A stretch of 32,000 nucleotides of DNA from Halomicrobium mukohataei DSM 12286 (GTDB lineage Archaea; Halobacteriota; Halobacteria; Halobacteriales; Haloarculaceae), in assembly GCF_000023965.1 (NCBI RefSeq), contig NC_013202.1, positions 1,410,001 through 1,442,000 on the forward strand, in the 5' to 3' direction. Below, piece after piece: positions 24,474-32,000 of the stretch (its first letter is position 1; each line of letters opens with the position of its first letter). A program made the position numbers and the translations under genes. The notes beneath the pieces were generated by a model. The model saw only the letters and a program-made list of their open reading frames with translations, did no database searches and was not told the origin of the DNA.

Positions 24474-25730
24474 TTCGACGATGGCGTCCGAGTACTCCTC
24501 GGTGCCGAGCTTCTCGGCGTCTTCGAGCTGGCGTTCGAGGTCGTAGGTGACCGTGCCCGAGGAGATCGTCTCCTCGACGGCGTCGCGAACGAGGTCGGCT
24601 GCGTCCTTCCAGCCCATGTAGTCGAACATCAGACGGCCCGAGAGGATCATCGCGGTCGGGTTGGCCATGTTCTGGCCGGCGCGTTTCGGGGCCGAGCCGT
24701 GGACGGGCTCTGCGAGCACGCGGGCGTCACCGAAGTTCGCGCCGGGCGCGATGCCGAGGCCGCCGATCTGTGCGCCGGCGGCGTCCGAGAGGTAGTCGCC
24801 GTTGAGGTTCGGCATGGCGAGAACGCTGAACTCGTCGGTCCGGAGCTGCATCCACTGGAGCATCGCGTCGGCGAGTCTGGACTCGACCATGACGGCGTCC
24901 TCGGGAATGTCGATCTCGTCCTGGGTCTCCCAGAGAGAGTCGGGCGCGGCGAAGACCTCGTCGTCGGGGTACTCCTCGTCGGCGACTTCCATGCCCCACT
25001 CGGTGAACTGGCCCTCGGTGAACTTCATGATGTTGCCCTTGCCGACGAGCGTGACCTTGTCGCGGTCGTGCTCGATGGCGTAGTCGATGGCCTTGCGGAC
25101 CAGCCGCTTGGAACCGAACTCGGTGATCGGCTTGATGCCGATGCCGATCGGGCCGTCGTGCATCACGTCGTCGAAGCCCATGTCCTCCTCGACGAACTCC
25201 CGGACCTGCTCGACCTCTTCGGTGCCGGCCTCCCACTCGATGCCGGCGTAGACGTCTTCCGTGTTCTCACGGAAGGTGACCATGTCCATCTCCTCGGGCG
25301 CTTTCATCGGCGACGGGACGCCGTCGAGGTAGTAGGTCGGTCGGACGTTCGAGTAGAAGTCGAGCGTCTGGCGCAGCGCGACGTTGAGCGAGCGGAAGCC
25401 AGCGCCGACCGGGGTCGTCAGCGGCCCCTTGATGGCGACGCGGTGCTCGTCGATCGCGTTGACGGTGTCGTCGGGGAGGTTCTCGTCGTACTTCTCTCGG
25501 GCGGACTCGCCAGCGAAGACGCGCATCCACGAGATCTCGCGGCCTGTGGCGTTCGCGGCGGCCTCCAGGACCTTCTGGGCGGCCGGTCCCACGTCCTTCC
25601 CGATGCCGTCCCCGTGGATGATGGGGACGATCGGATTCTCAGGAATATCGAGTTCGTCGTTGTCCTCGTCGACGACCTCGATCTTCTCGCCTTCGGCAGG
25701 CACCTCGACCTTGTCGTAATCGTAGCTCAT
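24453..25730 (-). CDS. icd: isocitrate dehydrogenase (NADP-dependent)
   Basis: Within ORF 24453..26348. The true start is MSYDYDKVEVPAEGEKI (25730). Blocks present: IIHGDGIGKDV, IKGPLTTPVG, FRSLNVALRQ, NLNGDYLSDA, GGLGIAPGAN, EPVHGSAPK. A TATA-like box lies 24-29 nt upstream. Confidence 0.95.
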   Translation of the reverse strand: MSYDYDKVEVPAEGEKIEVVDEDNDELDIPENPIVPIIHGDGIGKDVGPAAQKVLEAAANATGREISWMRVFAGESAREKYDENLPDDTVNAIDEHRVAIKGPLTTPVGAGFRSLNVALRQTLDFYSNVRPTYYLDGVPSPMKAPEEMDMVTFRENTEDVYAGIEWEAGTEEVEQVREFVEEDMGFDDVMHDGPIGIGIKPITEFGSKRLVRKAIDYAIEHDRDKVTLVGKGNIMKFTEGQFTEWGMEVADEEYPDDEVFAAPDSLWETQDEIDIPEDAVMVESRLADAMLQWMQLRTDEFSVLAMPNLNGDYLSDAAGAQIGGLGIAPGANFGDARVLAEPVHGSAPKRAGQNMANPTAMILSGRLMFDYMGWKDAADLVRDAVEETISSGTVTYDLERQLEDAEKLGTEEYSDAIVENIEKLA

Positions 25731-25752
25731 ACCCGGCCAATCGAAAGTCGCG

Positions 25753-25760
25753 CCTAAAGG
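25753..25760 (-). promoter_or_regulatory. TATA-like box (CCTTTAGG on the minus strand; palindromic cctaaagg) for leaderless icd
   Basis: It lies 23-30 nt upstream of ATG 25730. Confidence 0.35.
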
Positions 25761-25857
25761 AGTGCCGCTTTCCGCGAGGGCGTGGTAACAGGGAACACAG
25801 GCCCTCTCCGCTTCGTTCGCCCGGTCGCTTTTGGCCGTGGCGGCGCTCGACCCCCAT

Positions 25858-26703
25858 ATGGATCTGATCGTCCACGGCGGCGCTGGATCGGCCCCCGACG
25901 AACCCACGGCCCGGCAGGCGGTCCTCGACGACGCCGCTCGTGCGGGCAGCGACGCCGCGTCGCCACTCGACGCAGTCCGGGACGCGGTCGCCGTCCTGGA
26001 GTCGAACCCCCGCTTCAACGCTGGCGTCGGAAGCACCGTCCAGAGCGACGGCGTCGTCCGGACGGACGCGAGCGTGATGACCGACGACGGTCTCGCCGGG
26101 GCCGCCTGCGCGATGCCCGGTGTCGAACACGCCGTCGACGTGGCGCGAGCGGTCGCGACGGAGACGCCCCACGTCTTGCTGGCCGGGGATCGCGCCGTCG
26201 AGTTCGCGGACGCGGTCGGCGTCGAGACGGACGCGGATCTGTGGACGGACGACACGCGGGAGCGCTGGCAGGCGGCCGATCCGCCGGACGGAGACGCCGC
26301 CGAGCAACTGGCGTGGGTCCGCGAGCGGTTCGGTGCGAGCCACGACACGGTCGGTGCGGTCGCGACCGACGGCGATCGAGTGGCGGCCGCGACCTCGACG
26401 GGCGGCCGGTGGTTCGCGCTGGCGGGCCGCGTCGGCGACGTGCCACAGCTCGGGGCGGGTGTCTACGCCGACGAGCGAGGCGGTGCGAGCGCGACCGGCG
26501 AGGGAGAGGCGATCGCTCGGTTCGGACTCGCGAAGGAGGCCGTCCGGGCGCTGGATCGACACGACCCGAGCAAGGCCGCCCAGACGGCCGTGGACGCCTT
26601 CGCGGACGCGATCGGCGGCCGAGCGGGCGTGATCGTCCTCGACCGCGCCGGCCGCGTCGGAGCGGCCGAAAACACCGACGCGATGCAGACGGCCACGCGG
26701 TAG
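25858..26703 (+). CDS. isoaspartyl peptidase / L-asparaginase (plant-type, Ntn-hydrolase)
   Basis: Within ORF 25831..26703, whose track start is TTG. I prefer ATG 25858 (MDLIVHGGAGS). The nucleophile block is HDTVGAVA, and GAGVYAD and ATGEGEAI are also present. Confidence 0.85.
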   Translation: MDLIVHGGAGSAPDEPTARQAVLDDAARAGSDAASPLDAVRDAVAVLESNPRFNAGVGSTVQSDGVVRTDASVMTDDGLAGAACAMPGVEHAVDVARAVATETPHVLLAGDRAVEFADAVGVETDADLWTDDTRERWQAADPPDGDAAEQLAWVRERFGASHDTVGAVATDGDRVAAATSTGGRWFALAGRVGDVPQLGAGVYADERGGASATGEGEAIARFGLAKEAVRALDRHDPSKAAQTAVDAFADAIGGRAGVIVLDRAGRVGAAENTDAMQTATR

Positions 26704-26712
26704 GGCAGGTCG

Positions 26713-26937
26713 CTACTCGTCCCAGGGGTCGAGCTTGTTGTCGTACTGGGGTTCGCGATCGAACCGGTCGACGACGGCGAGCAACGCGGTCATGAGGGCC
26801 ACGGCCGCGCCGGCACTCGCGAAGACGACGACACCCGACCAGAGGTCGCGCGCCACGATGACGGCGGCCGTCGCCAGGAGCACGAGCCCCCACAGGAGCG
26901 TGCTGGCGTAGATCGGTCCCTCACGGTTGGTAGCCAT
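26713..26937 (-). CDS. small membrane protein (74 aa, 2 TM) with acidic C-terminal tail
   Basis: Within ORF 26713..27063. I chose the start MATNREGPIYASTLLWGLVLL (26937). It is divergent from map across a 59-bp spacer. Confidence 0.55.
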   Translation of the reverse strand: MATNREGPIYASTLLWGLVLLATAAVIVARDLWSGVVVFASAGAAVALMTALLAVVDRFDREPQYDNKLDPWDE

Positions 26938-26960
26938 TACACCCCTATTCACGTACAACG

Positions 26961-26973
26961 GCAAACCCTTTGC
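26961..26973. promoter_or_regulatory. palindrome gcaaa-ccc-tttgc centred exactly midway between two divergent start codons
   Basis: Its centre (26967) is 30 nt from ATG 26937 (minus strand) and 30 nt from ATG 26997 (plus strand). The T-rich half lies 25-29 nt upstream of each start. It is a candidate shared bidirectional TATA/BRE element. Confidence 0.3.
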
Positions 26974-26996
26974 CCCACAGTTCCGAACCCACTCCC

Positions 26997-27890
26997 ATGA
27001 CAGACGTGGACCTGGCCGCCGAGAAGTACGAGAAACATCGCGAGGCCGGAGAGATCCTGGCACAGGTGCGCAACGAGGCCGCCGATCGACTCGAAGTGGG
27101 GACCGGCTACCTCGAAATCTCCCAGTGGGCCGAAGACCGGATCCGGGAACTGGGCGGCGAGCCCGCCTTCCCGGTCAACGTCAGCGTCGACCACGAGGCC
27201 GCCCACGGGGCCGCCGGGCCGGACGACGACCGCACCGTCGGCGAGCAGATGGTGAAACTGGACATCGGCGTCCACATCGACGGGTGGCTGGCAGACACGG
27301 CCGTCACGGTGGATCTCTCGGGCAACGACGAGCTGAAGACCGCCGCCGACGAGGCCCTCGACGCGGCACTGGACGCCGTCGAGGCCGGCGTCCAGACCGG
27401 CGAAATCGGTGCCGTCATCGAGGACGTCATCGAGGGGTACGGCTACAACCCGGTGGTCAACCTGACGGGCCACGGGCTGGGCCACTGGGAGCAACACACC
27501 GAGCCGAACGTCCCCAACCGGTCGATTCCCGGCGGTGCGACCCTGGAGGCGGGACAGGTCGTCGCGATCGAGCCGTTCGCCACGACCGGGACGGGGAAGG
27601 TAAACGAGGGCGCGACAGAGGAGATCTTCTCGCTGGAACGGGAGGGGTCGGTCCGCAACCGGGAGGCCCGACAGGCGCTGAACCAGATCACCGAGGAGTT
27701 CAGGACCCTGCCGTTCGCGGCCCGGTGGCTCGACGTGTCCCGTCCGGGGATGGCGCTCCGTCGCCTGAAACAGCAAGACATCGTTCACGGCTATCCGGTC
27801 CTCCAGGAAGCCGAGGGCGAACTCGTCAGCCAGAGAGAACACACCGTCATCGTCACCGAGGACGGCTGTGAAGTGACGACGCGGCTGTAG
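26997..27890 (+). CDS. map: type II methionine aminopeptidase
   Basis: Within ORF 26970..27890, whose track start is TTG. I prefer ATG 26997 (MTDVDLAAEKYEKHREAGEI). Blocks present: AFPVNVSV...AAHG, KLDIGVHIDGWLADTA, GHGL, EHTV. Confidence 0.92.
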   Translation: MTDVDLAAEKYEKHREAGEILAQVRNEAADRLEVGTGYLEISQWAEDRIRELGGEPAFPVNVSVDHEAAHGAAGPDDDRTVGEQMVKLDIGVHIDGWLADTAVTVDLSGNDELKTAADEALDAALDAVEAGVQTGEIGAVIEDVIEGYGYNPVVNLTGHGLGHWEQHTEPNVPNRSIPGGATLEAGQVVAIEPFATTGTGKVNEGATEEIFSLEREGSVRNREARQALNQITEEFRTLPFAARWLDVSRPGMALRRLKQQDIVHGYPVLQEAEGELVSQREHTVIVTEDGCEVTTRL

Positions 27891-28013
27891 CACCGGTCGC
27901 GACGGAGGAGCGATCGGCTTTTTCCCCCAGGTTTTTCCACGAGGGGTCGTGAGCGTAGCGAACGACCCGCAGTGGAAAAAGGTGGTAGCCGACGGCTGTG
28001 AAGTGACGACGCG
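27861..28013 (+). repeat. 23-bp perfect direct repeat of the map 3' end (27861-27883 = 27991-28013) bracketing a 107-bp insert
   Basis: Both copies read gacggctgtgaagtgacgacgcg (encoding DGCEVTTR). The first continues gctgtag (L*) and the second continues tctcgactga (LD*). Confidence 0.9.
27916..27990. other. long imperfect palindrome inside the insert (possible miniature mobile or protein-binding element)
   Basis: The core arms are tttttccacgaggggtcgt (27932-27950) and acgacccgcagtggaaaaa (27962-27980). 16 of 19 positions are complementary, around an 11-nt loop. Weaker pairing extends out to ggct (27916-27919) / agcc (27987-27990). Confidence 0.7.
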
Positions 28014-28067
28014 TCTCGACTGACGCGCTCTCGGTGGACTGCCGTCGAGTACGCTGGCGCTCGACGG
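28010..28067 (+). terminator. two hairpins after the displaced (second) copy of the map end
   Basis: cgcgtc (28010-28015) / gacgcg (28022-28027) has the TGA at 28021-28023 straddling its loop. An 8-bp stem follows: ccgtcgag (28042-28049) / ctcgacgg (28060-28067). Confidence 0.3.
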
Positions 28068-28198
28068 TGAGCGCTCAGAAGGTGGCGTGGGTGGTGGGTG
28101 GTGCCGGGATGTCGGTCGCGTACGGCTTCTCGTCGCCGTTTTCCCGGTCGACCGCACGTCGTCGTGCGATCGATCCGGTGCAGACCGACAATACTCCG

Positions 28199-28396
28199 TC
28201 AGGCGTTGTTCATTCGCGTCTCTGTCGTGGTGCCACAGACTCGACACTCACTGACGCGATACGGTTCCCGCGAGAACGCTGCGTTCTTCGATTTGGTGCT
28301 TTCGGTCAGTATCTGGACGGAGACGTCGTGTGGCGTCGTTCGTTCACACGTCGAGCACGTCTCCGACATGTGGGTGTCGGTGTCTGTGACTGCCAT
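28199..28396 (-). CDS. small zinc-finger protein (about 65 aa; CxxC ... CxxCG)
   Basis: Within ORF 28199..28426. The cysteine pairs are CSTC and CRVCG. A T-rich box (TTTTTATG on the minus strand, 28424-28431) lies 28-35 nt upstream of the ATG at 28396. That favours this start over 28426. A start at 28369 is also possible. Confidence 0.55.
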   Translation of the reverse strand: MAVTDTDTHMSETCSTCERTTPHDVSVQILTESTKSKNAAFSREPYRVSECRVCGTTTETRMNNA

Positions 28397-28641
28397 CCCA
28401 GTTCGACTAACGCGAGAGATGCGCATAAAAACCCCCCACAGTTCGGGGCCGTTTAGACCGTTTTATCGCAATACGGCGGCCGAATACGCAGCAGTACTGT
28501 CTTAGAGGGGTCCAGATTGTTTATAGTTATCTCTGGCTCCGTCTCGGTGGATAACAGTCCGTGAACGGCAACAAGAGTTAAATACTACTTTCTCCCGTCC
28601 TGTGGCAAAGCGATTTACCGTCTCGCGGCCGATCCACGGCC

Positions 28642-29211
28642 ATGGAACAGGTGTTCGCGCCGTGGCGGATCGAGTGGGTCGAACGGGAGGAGAAGAACCC
28701 GGACGTCGACTGCGTGTTCTGTGCGTTGCCCGAGCGCGACGACGACCGGGAGCACAGAGTCGTCGCCCGCAACGACCACGCCTACGTGTTGCTGAACAAC
28801 GCGCCGTACAGTCCCGGCCACCTCATGGTCATCCCCTACCAGCACACGGGCGACTATCGAGCCCTCCCGGAGGAGGTGTTGCTCGCGCACGGGCGACTGA
28901 AACAGCGGACGTTCGACGCCCTGGAGGCGTCGCTCGACCCGGACGCCTTCAACGCCGGGCTGAACCTCGGTGGGGGACCCGCGGGCGGCTCGATCGAGGA
29001 TCACCTCCACACCCACGTCGTCCCCCGCTGGGAGGGAGACACGAACTTCATGCCGGTGATCAGCGACACGCAGGTGATCGTCGAGGGTCTCGAAGACACG
29101 TACGACCGCGTTCACGAAGGGTTCGCGGCCCAGGACGACGCCACGGTCGTCGACGACGACACCGCCGTCGCGTTCGGGTCCGAACGTGGCTCGAACTGTC
29201 GGGAGCGATAA
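28642..29211 (+). CDS. HIT (histidine triad) family nucleotide hydrolase/transferase
   Basis: 189 aa. It has the histidine triad HLHTHVVPRW and the upstream block NNAPYSPGHLMVIP. Confidence 0.85.
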   Translation: MEQVFAPWRIEWVEREEKNPDVDCVFCALPERDDDREHRVVARNDHAYVLLNNAPYSPGHLMVIPYQHTGDYRALPEEVLLAHGRLKQRTFDALEASLDPDAFNAGLNLGGGPAGGSIEDHLHTHVVPRWEGDTNFMPVISDTQVIVEGLEDTYDRVHEGFAAQDDATVVDDDTAVAFGSERGSNCRER

Positions 29212-29258
29212 TGTCATGATCGTCGGGCGGTGAGCACTGCAACAGACGGAGTCTTCGA

Positions 29259-30977
29259 GTGATCATTCAGTTGGCTGGTGACCTCACCTACGCGGGCTAT
29301 CTCCTGGTGTTCGCTGTGGCAACACTGGCCTGCTTCGTGAGCATCGACCGGGTCCAACAGCTCGAAGAGCCGGGCACGCGGCGTGGACTGACGGCGCTGC
29401 TCCTGGCCAGCGGCGGCTGGGCGCTCTCGTATCTGGGCTACTTCCTCGTGCCAGACCCCCAGCTCAAAACCGCGTTCTACGTCGCCGGCCTCGTCGTCGG
29501 CCTCGCGACGGTCGGTGCGTGGCTCTACTTCTGCTCGGCTTTCACCGGTCGGACGCTGCATCGCAGCACCGGTCTACGACGCGCGGCCGTCGCGATCTTC
29601 CTTGCGATCGTCGCCGTGAAAGTCACGAACTATCACGGCCTGTACTTCGCGACCCGGACAGCGACGGAACCGTTCCCACACATGGCGGTGACACACGAGC
29701 CGCTGCACTGGGTCGTCGTCGGACTCTGCTACGCGCTGACGGCCGTCGGATACTTCATGCTCTTCGAGCGGCTCCGACAGGTCAGCTACCAGACGTGGTC
29801 TTTCGGCCTCCTCGTCGGGGTGACGGCTGTTCCTCTCCTGCTCAACCTCGTGGGCCACGCGACCCCGCTGCTCGCCGACGTGAGCCACGAACCCCTCGGT
29901 GTCGCGGTCTTCGCCGTCGGCGTCTCGTTCGTCTTCCACGAGCGGTTTCAGGCGATCGGGCTCGCGGAGGGAGACGACAAGCCCATCGTCATCGTGAACG
30001 AACGCGATCAGCTCCGCGAGTACAACGCGGCGGCGGCCGACCTCTTTCCCGCGCTCACCCGGCCGGACGTGATCGGGAAACCGCTGTGGAGCGTCGTTCC
30101 GTCCGTCGCCGAGGTGCTCGACTCCGAGTCGGGCGTATTGTCCGTTCGTGACGGCGAGGAAACCCGATACTACCAGCTCACCGAGAGCCCGTTCGCGGCC
30201 GGACGGTCACCGGTCGGTCGGCTCGTGCTCTTTACCGACATCACGGAGCGCGAACGCGACCGACGCGAACTCCAGCGCCAGAACGAGCGCCTCGAAGAGT
30301 TCGCCAGCGTCGTCTCTCACGACCTCCGGAACCCCTTGCAGGTCTTGCGGGGCGCGTTCGAGGGGGCTCGCGAGACCGGCGACCCCTCGCACTTCGACCG
30401 CGGGGAGCGAGCGCTCGACCGGATGGAGACGCTCATCGACGACGTGCTCTCGCTCGCCCGGCAGGGCCAGCCCATCGACGAGACCGAACCGATCTCGCTC
30501 GCGTCGCTGGCGGCGTCGTGCTGGGAGGTCATCGAGGCCGGCGACGCCGATCTCGTCGTCGAAACCGATCTCGATCTCGTCGCCGATCCCGACCGCTTCC
30601 GTCAACTGCTGGAGAACCTCTTTCGGAACGCGGTCGAACACGGCGGTGACGACGTGACCGTTCGAGTCGGGCGACTACCGGACGGCAACGGATTCTACCT
30701 CGCAGACGACGGTCCCGGCATCCCGGTCGACGAGCGCGAGGCGGTGTTCGAGTCCGGCTACTCGACGACCGACGGGGGGACCGGCTTCGGACTGGCGATC
30801 GTCAGCGAGATCGTCGACGCCCACGGCTGGGAGATCACGGTGTCGGGGCGAGCGGCCGACGACGCCCCCGACGGACACACGGACTCGGAATCCGGTTCGA
30901 GAACGGCCACCGGTGCCTCCTTCGAGATCACTGGGATCGGTTCTCCAGACGGCGTCGACGCGAGCGAAGCGGCTTAG
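29259..30977 (+). CDS. membrane-bound sensor histidine kinase (multi-TM N-terminal sensor, PAS-like region, HisKA, HATPase_c)
   Basis: 572 aa. The start is GTG and is uncertain. There are about 6-7 TM segments. The H-box is FASVVSHDLRNPL, the N-box LLENLFRNAVEH, G1 DDGPGI and G2 GGTGFGLAIV. Confidence 0.85.
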   Translation: MIIQLAGDLTYAGYLLVFAVATLACFVSIDRVQQLEEPGTRRGLTALLLASGGWALSYLGYFLVPDPQLKTAFYVAGLVVGLATVGAWLYFCSAFTGRTLHRSTGLRRAAVAIFLAIVAVKVTNYHGLYFATRTATEPFPHMAVTHEPLHWVVVGLCYALTAVGYFMLFERLRQVSYQTWSFGLLVGVTAVPLLLNLVGHATPLLADVSHEPLGVAVFAVGVSFVFHERFQAIGLAEGDDKPIVIVNERDQLREYNAAAADLFPALTRPDVIGKPLWSVVPSVAEVLDSESGVLSVRDGEETRYYQLTESPFAAGRSPVGRLVLFTDITERERDRRELQRQNERLEEFASVVSHDLRNPLQVLRGAFEGARETGDPSHFDRGERALDRMETLIDDVLSLARQGQPIDETEPISLASLAASCWEVIEAGDADLVVETDLDLVADPDRFRQLLENLFRNAVEHGGDDVTVRVGRLPDGNGFYLADDGPGIPVDEREAVFESGYSTTDGGTGFGLAIVSEIVDAHGWEITVSGRAADDAPDGHTDSESGSRTATGASFEITGIGSPDGVDASEAA

Positions 30978-31002
30978 TCACCCCCGGCGCAACGACGACG
31001 TG

Positions 31003-31911
31003 ATGTCACGTCGGGACGTACTCCGCCGGGTCGGTCTCGTCATCTTGGGCGCGAATCTCGCCCTCGCGCTCCTGAAGGGCGTCGTCTGGGCGGAGACCGG
31101 GAGCCTGGCCGTCGGTTCCGAGGCGGTCAACAGCCTCGCCGACACCGCCTACAGCCTCGTCATCGTCGCCGGGCTCTACCTGACGACACAGCCGCCGGAC
31201 TTCGAGCACCCCCACGGCCACGAGCGGATCGAGCCGTTCGTCTCGCTGTTCGTCGCCGTCGGGATCTTCGCTGCCGGTGGGATCATCCTCTGGCAGGCCG
31301 CCAGCTCGCTGCTGTCGGGCGACGTCGGCGTGAGCCGTGGCCCCGCCGCCGTCGGCGTCCTCGTCTTCTCCGGCGTGCTGAAGTACGCCCTGTATCGGTA
31401 CTGTCTGTCCGCCGGGCGAGACCACAACTCTCCCGCGCTGGTCGCGACGGCACTGGACAACCGCAACGACATTCTCACGGCAGCCGCGGCCCTCGTCGGC
31501 GTCGTCGGCGCGACGCTTGGCTACCCGGTCCTGGACCCGATCGCCGCGATGGTCGTCTCCGTGGGCATCATCTACACCGGCGTCGAGGTCGTCCGGGACA
31601 ACCTCGATTACCTCGTCGGTGCTGCCCCGCCCGAGGAGCTGCGGGCGGAGATCGTCCGCCGCGCGCTCGAACAGGACGACGTGGAGGGTGCCCACGACGT
31701 GATCGCCCACTACGTCGGCCCGGAGATCGACGTGAGCCTCCACGTCGAGGTCGAGGGCGACAAGACGCTGTTCGAGGCCCACGACATCGAGACCGCCGTC
31801 ATCGAGGCGATCCAGGAACTGCCGGAGGTCGACGACGTGTTCGTCCACGTCGACCCCAAGGAACTGGGCGAGTGGAAAGCCGACGCCGACGTGGACCGCC
31901 TCGTCGACTAA
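31003..31911 (+). CDS. cation diffusion facilitator (CDF) family metal efflux transporter
   Basis: Within ORF 30913..31911. I chose the start MSRRDVLRRVGL (31003). The six-TM core has SLAVGSEAVNSLADT and HGHERIEP. A C-terminal cytoplasmic domain is present. Confidence 0.9.
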   Translation: MSRRDVLRRVGLVILGANLALALLKGVVWAETGSLAVGSEAVNSLADTAYSLVIVAGLYLTTQPPDFEHPHGHERIEPFVSLFVAVGIFAAGGIILWQAASSLLSGDVGVSRGPAAVGVLVFSGVLKYALYRYCLSAGRDHNSPALVATALDNRNDILTAAAALVGVVGATLGYPVLDPIAAMVVSVGIIYTGVEVVRDNLDYLVGAAPPEELRAEIVRRALEQDDVEGAHDVIAHYVGPEIDVSLHVEVEGDKTLFEAHDIETAVIEAIQELPEVDDVFVHVDPKELGEWKADADVDRLVD

Positions 31912-32000
31912 GCGCCGGTAAACGCGTACAGCACGGTCAGCAGTCCGGCGATTCGACACGTCTGGGCGAGCAGCTCCGCCTCGGCGGTCGTCGCCAGCGA
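31908..32000 (-). CDS. C-terminal fragment of an unidentified, probably membrane, protein entering from the right edge
   Basis: The minus-strand frame is open from 32000 to TAG (31908-31910): SLATTAEAELLAQTCRIAGLLTVLYAFTGA*. It is only 30 codons long and its stop overlaps the CDF stop codon. Confidence 0.25.
   Translation of the reverse strand, partial: SLATTAEAELLAQTCRIAGLLTVLYAFTGA

Overview
High-G+C window with acidic predicted proteins, Tat (twin-arginine) signal peptides and apparently leaderless genes. It reads as chromosomal DNA of a haloarchaeon (class Halobacteria). I support about 30 protein genes. Most are core metabolism: aldo/keto reductase, DHFR (folA), phosphoglycerate mutase (gpmI), a tight nadA-nadB-nadC operon, HMG-CoA reductase (hmgA), isocitrate dehydrogenase (icd), asparaginase-type peptidase, methionine aminopeptidase (map), HIT protein and a CDF transporter. 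Other genes include two dispersed secreted chitin-degrading enzymes (GH18 chitinase, GH20 hexosaminidase), a vapBC toxin-antitoxin islet of visibly lower G+C, a SWIM zinc-finger gene cluster, an orphan sensor histidine kinase and several small or unknown proteins. I saw no rRNA, tRNA, CRISPR array, transposase or integrase gene. The unexplained signals are non-coding. (1) Downstream of icd, the last seven codon positions of the gene recur five more times at 55-61 bp spacing. The extra copies differ from the true end mainly by synonymous changes, and each sits between hairpins kept intact by compensatory changes. (2) A perfect 23-bp duplication of the map 3' end brackets a 107-bp palindromic insert that rewrites the map C-terminus. 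The same TTTCCACTG motif, which resembles an origin-recognition-box core, occurs in this insert and in the AT-rich block next to the icd array. All product calls rest on motifs I recognise by eye and from memory. No searches were run, and start codons were chosen from context (signal peptides, overlaps, TATA-like boxes about 24-31 nt upstream).
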